The translations under genes were made by a program, and so were the position numbers. Below the pieces are notes generated by a model. The model saw nothing but the letters and a program-made list of their open reading frames with translations, did no database searches and was not told where the DNA came from. A stretch of 59,166 nucleotides of DNA, filler included, from Catajapyx aquilonaris (Eukaryota), in the NCBI GenBank assembly GCA_000934665.2. It is 2 parts of 2 records of this genome, joined end to end, with 100 filler letters (N's around TTAATTAATTAA, not from the genome) between each part and the next. Parts side by side here need not be neighbours in the genome. Positions count along the whole stretch, not along the records: positions 1 to 29,524 come from JYFJ02004775.1; positions 29,625 to 59,166 come from KZ539216.1. One strand, given 5' to 3'. Positions 27,091-37,670 of this stretch are shown here, piece after piece (positions within the stretch are counted from its first letter, which is position 1; the number at the start of each line of letters is the position of its first letter).

Positions 27091-28085
27091 TTAGTTGAGC
27101 ACTTCCGGTTTGGCTTCGAGCAGTTCCTTACATTGCTGCACCTCTCGATTCAGTTTCTCCACCTCATCATCCTTCTTCTTCAGCAGCTTCACCAGCTTGC
27201 CCATCTGAAGCATCACCAACCCGAAATGACCATCAGCACTATAATTTGCACCAATAATATCATATTCAGTGACTCACCCTGTTGTTCAGAGTCCTGAGGG
27301 TGTCCTCTCGATCCTTCGTCTCTTTCAGAAGCTCCTCGACCTTCAGCTGCTGTTTGTCTCCTGTCTTCTGATGGATGGTGTGGTAGTTGTTTGGAGTGGA
27401 AGGCTTGGAACGAAAATGGAAAGGTGTCGGGTTAGGCGTGAAAGGGGTCATCCTGACCTTCCGAAGGCAGTCCTTCTGCATCTTCCTCTCGATGGCAGGC
27501 TTCAGCTTCAGGAGGAGCTGCTCTATGGTGCCTACCACGCATGCGGCCAAGTTGTGAATCATCTCCTGGTTGATCTTGCAGTTCAGTTTACTCAAGACCT
27601 GCAACGAAGCTCCAGTCATACATAAAGGTCATTGACCTGCAAGTGATAAAGGGCATTGACCTTTCTGTTGAGGACCGTCCAGTTCTGCACCTTCTTCTCC
27701 GTGTTGCTGATGACTGGGTAGTTGTGCATTTCCACCAGACGTGGAAAGAAGTGGCTCAGCATCTCCGCGCACTTGCCTAGATGAAACACACAGAATGGTC
27801 AGTTGTCTAACCAATAACAATGTGCTTTTTTTTGTTACACGTACTAGCGTCGGAGAAGTCCCTGGGGAGGTTCCTCTTTGGTCGCTGGAAAGGGATGGTG
27901 TCCAGCCAGCTGTAGAGATTCCGCAGCTCTGGAGAAAGTTGGGAGCCGCTGTCTGCGCTCATGGTGCTGTTGGTTGAATCGCTCTGTGTGTACACAGACT
28001 CAACAGAGTCATTGCACGGTACCGGTAATTTCAAATCTTCAAAGCCCAATTCCGGGTCCGAAGGGACCTCCATTTCCCGGATCAT
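27091..28085 (-). CDS. SPEF1: Sperm flagellar protein 1-like, copy C
   Basis: Exons 28085-27845, 27776-27661, 27598-27278 (possible 54-nt intron 27457-27404), 27204-27091. LYSWLDTIPFQRPKRNLPRDFSD, VEMHNYP, NWTVLNRKVLSKL. Confidence 0.88.
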
Positions 28086-28100
28086 AATTTGGAACGGCTG

Positions 28101-28129
28101 TGTTTACATTCGCTAGTTACTCTGGTTAC
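28101..28129. promoter_or_regulatory. Forkhead motif plus X-box-like motif upstream of SPEF1 copy C
   Basis: TGTTTAC at 28101-28107; GTAACCAGAGTAAC on the minus strand at 28116-28129. Confidence 0.5.
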
Positions 28130-29351
28130 TCTTCCCACTGTTTTGTGGCGATAACAATGCTGTCGCAGTGAAATGATCACATCCGGATCACACTCCTTGG
28201 TATAAAATGAGGACAATAAGTTCATCCTGCGAGCAAGGCTTCCCACCGCACAGGAGAGCCTTACGTGTAGCTCACGACAGTCAGGATAATTATGATGCAC
28301 ACGTCTTACTATAATGTAATTTATTCCCTAGCGTTATTCCCTATTACAGTACAATGCATCGATATGCCTTCTGGTCGAATCAGTGTAATAAATAAAGGCA
28401 GCGTTCAACTAACTACAATACACAATATTTTATACACTATATTATACAAATAAATTCTCCTTTTTTACTTCATCATAACCGAATCTACGATTTCATACGT
28501 CGTATCGTATTTAATGTCTCTGTCTCTATAAACTGCGTGATGGTTGGCCAATAGTTTCACATCTATCTGTTCTCTTCCGCAGATGCAGGACAGAGCTCCT
28601 GTTCACATGAACCGCCTGGAGGAGGAGCAAGAAATGCAGAGAAGAACGCTCGAAGGAATATTGCAGCACCATCATCACCACCATATATACCTTATAGCAG
28701 AATGTATACATCTATGTGCGATTATGCAGATTAACTTTTTTCATATAACGCGTGTTGGGCCCAAGAACCTTAATTATCCCTCATCCTTGTTGAGATTCCA
28801 GGTTAATATTACGAGTTATAACGGTGTGCAGAGGGAGGTTGGCCAGGTCTTCAGGGAGGCAAGTACAGTACCGTATATTATTAAGGAAATTTATAAGCAA
28901 AAAAGGCTTCAATTTTATAGTATGTGATTGCCTCTACACAGTAAAATACGTTCCTCAAGTATTCGTTCGAGTTAAACATTTATTGGCCCGCATTACAGTA
29001 CTATATAGCTAATTACCCGCATGTGCAGTAATGTTTGTCATGTGTTACATTGATCTCGTGGCTAATATGGAGCTAATAATGGAAAAAAAATTGAACCTAG
29101 AAAAATGTGCGTCATACATGATTTTCAGACAAGCCGGTTCACAACTGCATAAGATAATATCAATCTCGTTGAACCAACCAGGAACCTCCCATTAAATGTG
29201 CATAATAAATGTTTCAAACAGTCGGCAATATTTTAACTGATCCACGTTCATATTTTTAAATAATTTCCGCAAGTCATTATCAGCCTATCTTGAAGTGATG
29301 GCGCCCTTTCTTCACCATAAGTACATGCTGGAGAGAGTATCAGTATCGAGG

Positions 29352-29420
29352 TAGCGCAGTGGTCTAGTGGCTAAGGCGCTCTCTTCGTAACCCGAAGGCT
29401 GAAGGATCGAATCCAGTGGA
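29352..29420 (+). mobile_element. tRNA-derived SINE head or tRNA pseudogene
   Basis: A box TGGTCTAGTGG, B box GGATCGAATCC, anticodon-like TTCGTAA; the acceptor stem does not pair. Confidence 0.6.
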
Positions 29421-29524
29421 AGAAAGACGTCGTTTCTTTTTATCGCTATGGACCTTTCTCGCTGCCTTACTTCATCTCTCATTTCACATTTATTTCTCTT
29501 TCAAGTGCATCTGGTAAATAGGCT

Positions 29525-29624
29525 NNNNNNNNNNNNNNNNNNNNNNNNNNNNNNNNNNNNNNNNNNNNTTAATTAATTAANNNNNNNNNNNNNNNNNNNN
29601 NNNNNNNNNNNNNNNNNNNNNNNN
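29525..29624. other. Scaffold gap containing an artificial TTAATTAATTAA linker
   Basis: N44-TTAATTAATTAA-N44; the linker puts stop codons in all six frames. Confidence 0.9.
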
Positions 29625-30203
29625 TTTACCGAGCATTGTAAGTGTACTATTTATTTCATTTAGACATGACTAAAGATAGCTAGCAGTACCGTACTTATTT
29701 TTCGGCATATTTTTTTTGGCACCCACCCGTAGGCAGATTGACTTGCCAGCGAACCGGAATGAGCCTTCAAGATGGCGGCAGCCATATGGAGGCTCCACTG
29801 GAGGGACATCCGCCATGTTCCGCCATCAGCGCCGTCTGGCCAGGACACAGTTATTAACCTACCGTCATCATACATGTAGGTGGGCTGTGTCAGGGGGCTG
29901 GTCAAAATAGTCATTGCAATCGGACGAGTATTTTTCATCACTTGTATTTTCTAACACTATTGACGATTGTTGATGCAATAATTGCATTTAAAATTCAGTA
30001 TTTCGTCCAAACAAAAAAATAGTGGTATTCAACAGTTCAAAAAGAATTGTCCCGTCGCGTCGACGCGTCGCGTTGACGGGACTGTTGATACACCCCTTCC
30101 CATAGTGTAACGTGATGAAGGTGATCTATACACCAGGGGCTGATAATATTCTCTCAGGACTGCAGTATACATATCGTCTAAGACCTAAGTGTTTATTTCT
30201 ACT

Positions 30204-30910
30204 CTAGCAATAAACTCGTGCTTCGCGTGGGTCCAAACATCTGCCATGACATTATTTAGTAAAATGGTGTCCTGCAGTGACTTGACAGATATAGAGTATT
30301 ACAGGGAAACTTCTACACCCCGAACATCCCTTAGACAAGTTTTTCATAACTTAAACTAATGGCAATAATTTACAGTGGAATTATGCATTTTAGTCTCTAC
30401 AATTCGAAGTTTGCGCCATGTTTGCGCCACTGTTTCCACTGTCGTGCCAAAAGGTTTAAAGCATAAAAGTTACGAATTGAGTCTCGGGTGGGAGGACCAG
30501 GTGACGTTTTTGCATCGCTATAGAGACTATAAAATCATTATTCCGAGCGACAATCTTCTGACGTATTGCCAAAAGTTCATTGCAAACATTTCCCCACGAA
30601 CAATGAAGTAACGTAACAAGGGCACGTGTCATTGTTTATTTAACATGAAACAGTGTGCAAAGATGCGGTATGTCTATGGACATGACTGTTGTTTTTTTTC
30701 TTCTTCTTTTCCGTAACTCCAAGTTTTGTTCCTGATCCTTGCAGATTCGAGTATTAGCAGTTCGCCTGTGTCTTCTTTCGCTTCAAATTGTATACAATGT
30801 GGCATCTCCGTATCGGTATGCCAATTTTCAGCTCTTTCCATAACATAGTCTGGAATGGAGTGACATACAGTAACTCAGACAAACATACATACAAAGTTTC
30901 TGCTTTATAA
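30204..30910 (-). mobile_element. Degenerate non-autonomous Helitron
   Basis: Minus strand starts ...TATAAAGCAGAAACTTTGTATGTATGTTTGTCTG and ends CCCACGCGAAGCACGAG...CTAG, similar to 49258-49825. Confidence 0.6.
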
Positions 30911-33010
30911 AGCCTCTATTCCCTTCGTTCATTGCGTGTTTTAAATATTGGCGTGCTTTCATCTCGCAAAGGAGAAAAATTGCCACGGCAGCCTTAGAAA
31001 TGCGAGAGAAACCAAGGTCCGACTTGTAATACGCAACTTTTTTACCACTTTGTTATTTCAAAAGTCTGCTAATGACAGAAATTTGATGACAGAGAGAGCA
31101 ATAAAATCGCATTCCAATGACTTTCGCCTCGGGGCTTCCCCAGGTTGGCTGATACGCTAATATGTTTTCTCTGACAAAAACCTCATAGCCCAACCCCCAC
31201 GTCTCTTTGTACCTACCGGTAGGCCTATAGGTTATCTTTTCTAGAGAGTGCAGCAAGATGATTAAGGAAAGAGGTCGGCTTATACCGTGTAATAATAAGC
31301 AGACTTCTCATCCTTCCTCTCCACCCCCTCTACAGAAAATTATACGAGGTCACGTACTACCACCAGCACTTCCTCATCTAAAATTTAACAAAAAATAGGG
31401 TCACCGGTGGATTACCAGAATACTTAACTGGCGCATCCTCCAGGCACACCCACTTATCAATTTATACTGACTTCCCGAAGACCCTGTCTCCGACCATCAT
31501 AATGTTTTCATTTTTCCATTGTCACTTTACGACCACCAGTTTTAAGTGTCGTGGTTACACATCCTAATGTAATTTCACGCCGCACTGCAAGCCATACCAA
31601 CCATCTAACTAATGAATAATTGAACGGACCCAATTTGATAGGCTCTCTGGAATGGCCTCGTACGTAGGCTACTTGCCTAGAATTCGAAAGCGTATATTGT
31701 TACTCTGAAGATTAGACGGCTCATGAGCAGCGATTCCAATCTTGTGTTTACCCCACCGTCCCCGCCATTTGAGTCCGTGCGACGCCATTTTGGCCCAAAA
31801 TCCGGATATCCATGCCCACCCAACAACACACTTCTATAATTATACTCGCCCTGTAAATGTCGGCCGAATTGGCTGCCGAGAGTAAGGAACGCGAAAAAAG
31901 AACGAGCGGGGGTAAAATGCAGTGATAAATGTTTGAGGAGCCAAGAGAATACAGGCGCGCTTCACGGCGGCAGAGCTTTTAAAACCAGATTTGGAAGCTG
32001 GGCCTCCGAGGCCCAGGTTGACTTGAAGTGCCCATACTTGTCCCCTTCCGCAGGGGTCGTGAACCAAATTGGAATCGGCATAGTGCATTTCTCTCTTGAC
32101 CACGTCAGCTGTCGCCACGAACGAAAAAAAATTACCGAAAATTCCACAACTAATGAAGAACAATGCTCGAGTGCCAATTTTCTGAGGGATATGCGTAATT
32201 ATTATCAATGGATTGCAACCGAATCATAAATTTTCAGCGGTCTAAGTAAAACGTTCGCGGGGTAGGAAAATTACTCACAAAATGCTTAAAATGTTGCTCC
32301 GGATTTTCCCCCGTCTATGCAGGCTGTAATTTGACCGACACATTGCAATAAAATGATCTAACCAGCATGACAATCCATACATCATTCGCATCCTGCACGC
32401 CAGGTGACCCACGTAGCAGGAATGTCTGGCGGATTGCCTGGCGCGCAGGATGAGCCCTTTCCCTAGAACTAGAACAGGACTACTAAACATGACTCGAGGG
32501 AATTATACCACACTGTAAAGCTGTTTCCATCGGCTTAATATCTGTTCTGTACAAAATGAAAGCCGGAACAATTTTTGTTTCCTTGACGATTTTGTGCAGC
32601 ACTAATAAACACCTGTTCCAACCAGGACAATTTTTCAGTGTTCTTTTCACACAAAAAAGAGCGCTCGGTGGGAAGGGAGCACCCAAAGTTCCGAATGTAT
32701 TTTATTTAAACTGAACCACCTTCTGAAAATCGTTTAGCGTAATTTAAACGTCAAGTGTGCTTGAATTATCGCGAAATAATTCCGATAAGTCCACCGCTGT
32801 TGGCCATCTTGGATTTCCATTTTGCACCGGGCACAATTTGTGAAAAGTTCAAACTTTTGGAATGATTCCAAAGTTTGTTTGATTTTGTGCTCCATTTTTG
32901 TGATTTTCCTCAAATTCTGTTTTTGTGCTCGAAAATTATGCCGGTAGAAACAGGCTTAACTGAATTTAGTTCTGTGTTATTATACATAAAGTAAAAATAT
33001 AATGTCATTT

Positions 33011-33272
33011 GGGCGACGGTGGTGGAGTGGTTAGCACCACAGCCTTCCACCTCTCAGGTCCCGTGTTCTATCCCCGGGTCGGACAGAAGGATACTTATGT
33101 GAATAGAGTTTCGATGGGTTCTCTCCGTGTTCGCGGGCGTTTTCTCGGGGTTGTCGCGTTTCCTCCCACCATCAAAACCCATCAGAGCAATGGTAGTGAT
33201 TAAAGACGAATAATTAAAAGATTATCCCCTAAAAGGCCCAAGGAGGCATACCACGGAGTATCCATTATTATT
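33011..33272 (+). mobile_element. tRNA-derived SINE with a V-domain-like core
   Basis: A box TGGTGGAGTGG, B box GTTCTATCCC, core TTTTCTCGGGG...TTTCCTCCCAC, (ATT)n tail, perfect 15-bp TSD AATATAATGTCATTT (32996-33010 and 33273-33287). Confidence 0.85.
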
Positions 33273-33403
33273 AATATAATGTCATTTAAATTATAAATTT
33301 ATAAGTTACACTCCACATTTCTCCCCCTACATTCTTGACTTCTTTTGGGCTAACTATTGAAGGGTTCTCTGCGATAACCAGGTGTGTTATTGTCTTCAAT
33401 AAG

Positions 33404-33992
33404 GTGTGGGGACGGAAACAGGTGTAACTGTAACTCTGGGGGCGTTGACCAAATTGTGGGGACATTTTAGGTCCCCACAGGGCAAAACTGCTTCACACAC
33501 GAGAATATTACCGTTACAGTGGGGACATGTCCCCACTATTTCGTTTTGCACGGTTTCACAAAAGTCAATTTCTCTCAGCCTAGGTTAGTTAGGGTAGGGT
33601 AGGTTAGGTTAGGTTAGGTTACACTCGCTTTGAAAAGTTGTCTTTTTTACGTCCCCAAACCTTAGTTAAAACAGGTCTGTGTGTGTGTGTGTGTGTGTGT
33701 GATCAGACATTGCTATCCTTGTGAGGATTTTATTCGCTTGTTTCCTATCCTTGTGAGGACCGAAAACCTTACGAGGACTTTTTTCAGGCCCTCGTAAGGT
33801 ACACAGTCCTCACAAGGATGGCGGAAAATCAAACCAAGACCTCCTTTTTACTGTGAAAAAATAGGTCACCAAAATATCGTGTGTTTTTTGTAGGTTAGGT
33901 TAGGTTAGGTTAGGTTAGGTTAGTTTTAAATTTTTATTTTTGCCAGACCCTCACAAGGATAGCACATTATAACATGGGTGTGTGTGTGTGTG
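33404..33992 (+). mobile_element. Two adjacent (GT)n-bounded non-autonomous elements carrying (TTAGG)n tracts
   Basis: Unit 1 has GGGGAC/GTCCCC subterminal motifs and TAGGT repeats at ~33580-33621. Unit 2 (33701-33975) has CTATCCTTGTGAGG/CCTCACAAGGATAG motifs and TAGGT repeats at 33891-33923. GT runs at 33678-33700 and 33978-33992. Confidence 0.7.
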
Positions 33993-34004
33993 TTTGGGTA
34001 TACA

Positions 34005-34630
34005 TATATCCTCCTGAGATCTGAGAAGAATTTTTAACGCAATGTCAGTTCCTATTGCATTTTCTGAACATTTTCCCAATAAGAAACGAGAAAAAAACAG
34101 TTTTAAAATATCGACAAAAATAGTGACAAACAACCAATGAGAACATCGGGATTCATTTGCTGCTACAAAAGCAGAACGGATGAAAGCTGAAAATTGAAAT
34201 GCCACTTAATGGATCACTAACATAGTGCTCTATCCTCAAAACAATGTGTTTTAAATTTATTTGTGGTATTCGTGGTAGCAATTCCTCTCAGAAAACAATT
34301 AAAGATAAATAAAATTATTTTTGAACGCCACCACTCCAGGCATGAGGCTTGCTCCTTCCCTTCTTACCCGCTAGAGTGGTACCTTGATATCCTAGATTTT
34401 AAAACTGAACTACATAGTGCAAAGCACACTTCCTTATGGGTGTATAGGTACAGGCACTTAAGAAAAGTCACAGCCCATTCAGCTAAAAATGCCATTTTTC
34501 GGATGTCCATTTAAATGGGCATTTGGTCTAAGGAAGAAAAGAAAATTACCAGTTCTCTACAGCAACAAAGATTGTCACGGACACACCTTTTCGTACTTCC
34601 TAATACACATTCCTTGCGAATCCCAGGACA
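34005..34630 (+). repeat. Dispersed repeat, copy 1 (copy 2 at ~51112-51703)
   Basis: Colinear blocks shared with copy 2, e.g. TTGCATTTTCTGAACATTTTCCCAATAAGAAACGAG, GCCACTTAATGGATCACTAACATAGTGCTCTATCC, ATTACCAGTTCTCTACAGCAACAAAGATTGTCAC. Confidence 0.85.
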
Positions 34631-34802
34631 TTCACTGCATTGCGAAAATCGCACTATAAATATGAGTAAAAAATATAACTTATCAGATGAGCGCCTAGGT
34701 TCAGCAGCGGCATCTGCCATTTTTATCCGCGATTTAATTTTCGCGGCCCAAGTCAGATATTCGACACTAGGTGGCTACACCTATTGAGGCCAGATTGTAA
34801 CC

Positions 34803-35083
34803 CCCCCCCCCCCCCNCCCCCCCCCCGATGGTATCTCCACCTTATCGTGGTGGTGGGGTTTGCGTTTCTCCAATGACCCCAAGAGCTATGCCGGCGGCTT
34901 CGTCTACTGGTAGGGCCACCCAAGCCGGACAGGTCTTTGGGATAGGAGAAAGACTAAGAGAGATGCCAGTCTTTCCTCTCTTCTTTTTCCTCTTCGTTTC
35001 TCTCTCCATCTGTCCCACCTTTGTGTCTTCTATAGCCAGATAGCCACAGTTGCTTTGGCTTCTTCCGAATAAACCAAAGCAAA
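34803..35083 (+). mobile_element. Short non-autonomous retroposon: structured LINE-type 5' leader joined to a LINE-type 3' stem-loop
   Basis: 13-bp TSD CCAGATTGTAACC (34790-34802 and 35084-35096); no pol III boxes; multi-stem 5' part; 3' hairpin AGCCAGATAGC-CACAGTT-GCTTTGGCT followed by an A/C-rich tail. Confidence 0.75.
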
Positions 35084-35597
35084 CCAGATTGTAACCATGG
35101 GATACCAACATATTGCAGTTCTGTTGGCATCACTAGTTGGCGCAAAAAAAAATCTTTTGCTGATGTCGACATATGTCGACACCAGGTATATATATGAGGC
35201 ATTCCACGTCAAGAGGACCACCTTCCGACAAATCTTTGAGGACCTTGACCAAAATTTAGTGACATGTACTACTCATCTACCTATGCAGGAATCCATATTA
35301 TTATCCCTCTGCGTTGCGTGTTGCATAACTACAGGGTGCGTAAGTTACGATTTTTCAATCATTTTTCGCTGTCGGGCCTTTGAATGGAGGTCCGTAACTT
35401 TTGAATGCCCAAAGTTAATTAAAATGTGATACGTGATTCCGGCAGCTCTTTTAACGGCCTTCAATAATATCGCAGCGAAAATTGCCGTAAAAAATATTTC
35501 GATTACAAGATGGCGGCCAAATTTTTGTTTTTGATATTACTCAACGTTGGCCATTTTTGAGATATTTTGAATGGTACTCAAAATGAAGCTAGATATA

Positions 35598-36001
35598 CAG
35601 GGTGGTCCAACTTCAAGTGTCGTTTTATAACGGCTATTTATAGAAGCGCTTTACGATTATCGTAGCAGCCACGTGTAAAATGGCCCACTTCGGCGCCATC
35701 GAAAATATTAGCTGCCAATAGCAGCACACATGTAATGAACCCTGTGCAACCACATGCGGCACCAATGCCAATCTGGTGCCTGGACATCACCCATTTCACC
35801 CAGGCGCATCGCAGGTCATATGTGCACCTCCTTTTTTCCAGGTCAACCCAGCAGCAGGGTTGATTACATGTGTGCTGCTATTGGCAGCTAATATTTTCGA
35901 TGGCGCCGAAGTGGGACATTTTACACGTCGCTGCTACGTCTTCGCAAAATCACTGCTATTAATCGCCGTTATAAAACGACACTTGAAGTTGGACCACCGT
36001 G
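35598..36001. mobile_element. Foldback MITE, Tc1/mariner-type
   Basis: TA flanks; CAGGGTGGTCCAACTTCAAGTGTCGTTTTATAACGGC termini; inverted arms of ~200 bp. Confidence 0.85.
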
Positions 36002-37536
36002 TATATTCTTCATATTTCCGAAGAGTCCAGGAGGAGCTTTTTGGAATCTCACCCGCTAGCCGGCGCGAGTTTTCGACCTGTACGCTGTCAGTTGGAGGAC
36101 CATAACACCCAGAAGATCTGGTTAAATCTTAAACTTGATATGTGCAATGTAAATGTGTTTTCACGCTCTGTGAGATGGTTATTATCATCCTAATAAAATG
36201 AAAAAAATTGGATCTAAAATGGCAGCCTAAATTATGATTTTCGCATTCATCATTAATCTACCCAAACGATTTGTTTTGAATGGCGTTTGAAATTGTACCG
36301 GAAATGTTTACTCGAGATTGCCGCAAAATCTGGAGCACATAAATGCGATATATGCCAACCATAAAACATTTTGCGCATGTTAGGTCCTTCTGAGAAAAAA
36401 GTCGGTTTCACGATTTTTCGATAATTTTTATTGTCGCGTAAGAATGATTTTAAAAATTTGTCACGGGGTTAAATGGTTAATTTGACATTTTTTGATCCCG
36501 AAATAATTTTAAAACAGTCAATTCAGTAATTGTTCAATGGTTATTAAGCCACAATGTCTCAGGTGATCATTCCAAAACGATTGTGCATAATATATCTCAT
36601 TATGGCATATAACAATTAGGCAAAATTGCGAAAGTGGAGAGGGGGAGAGAGACGCGGACCAGGCAGCGACATCCGACGGCGAAGTACCGAAGTAAGACGG
36701 TGCGGAGTTAGCGCCTGCGACCGGAACGACGTCCATGGGAACTCCGTGGTGGTTGGTTTATTTTTAGGTGGTGGCCGTCTTTTGCGTTTTATAAATTCAC
36801 TGGGCACTATTTCCAAAAAAAAACAAAAGTTTATTGCAAATACAGGACCCTCGGGCTAAATTTTGACATCATTTCCAATGCTGTAGGCCGTACACAGCGG
36901 GAGGAATCGCCATCACAATAGGGTATTAATAATATAAATACCGGTGCAAGGCTAATGTGATTAGCCTTTTTACCACAAAAACACGCCATAGGCCTTAAGA
37001 GATCTCTGATGATGTAGTTAAGAATATTATCCTGCACTTTAAGGCGAAAAGAAGTCTACATACCTGGTTATCACAGAGAACCCTTCAATTATGCTGGCAG
37101 AGGAGAGGGATGTCCCAATAGTAAGAAACACATTGTCTGCAGGCAAGCAGCAATGCTAGCTTATCAACCGGAATGGTGGCATTCCAAGTATTATCGCTCC
37201 AACCGGAGACAGGTACAGTCCCGCTTATAAAGAATGGTAGATACGACTCTATGGACGAAATGTTTATCCTGATGATCGAGCATTATTCCCAACCTTAATT
37301 CGACAAAACCCTATGGACGACCTTTTCTGGACCTCTGGTGACTCGTATGACCCATACCGATTTTTAATTAAAAATTTTAATGACCGAAATGTTCAACCCG
37401 GTGTAATGCTTACTTAGATTTGCTGTGAATTTCCCCCCTAAAATTTTCCTACTTACTTTTGCTTTTCTCTTCTCTTTTTTATTTTATTTTGATCCCCTTT
37501 TCCCGGACTTCCTCGTGACCCCTAAAAACATGCTGG

Positions 37537-37670
37537 TGTCACCGTTAGCCACGCTATGGCGACGATACTAGTGCGTGTCCCCCCGGGGCCCACAACACCA
37601 AAGAATAAGAGAGGGAACTTAGCCTGGACGGACTTTATTTGCGACCTCTCTCTTCCCTCTACAGGTTACG
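37537..37670 (-). repeat. Putative short (134-bp) 3' LTR of the Gypsy element
   Basis: Directly follows the polypurine tract on the minus strand; termini CGTAAC...GTGACA; contains AATAAA. No second copy in the window. Confidence 0.55.

Larger units (their letters stand above)
33359..37086. mobile_element. TIR-bounded DNA element (Sola-like ends) containing nested insertions
   Basis: 29-bp TIR GAAGGGTTCTCTGYGATAACCAGGTRTGT, 27/29 identical; flanks TATT and AATT. Confidence 0.55.

Noticed and set aside
29352..29420. Functional tRNA-Thr(CGT) gene
   Set aside because: The acceptor and anticodon stems pair poorly; treated as a SINE head or pseudogene.
29569..29580. TTAATTAATTAA palindrome
   Set aside because: Centred in an N gap; it is a scaffolding linker.
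33580..33923. True telomere or chromosome fusion site
   Set aside because: The TTAGG tracts are short and embedded in dispersed elements.
37250..37312. Hammerhead-like CTGATGA core
   Set aside because: The following stem is closed by CAAA rather than GAAA, and stems I and III are not evident.
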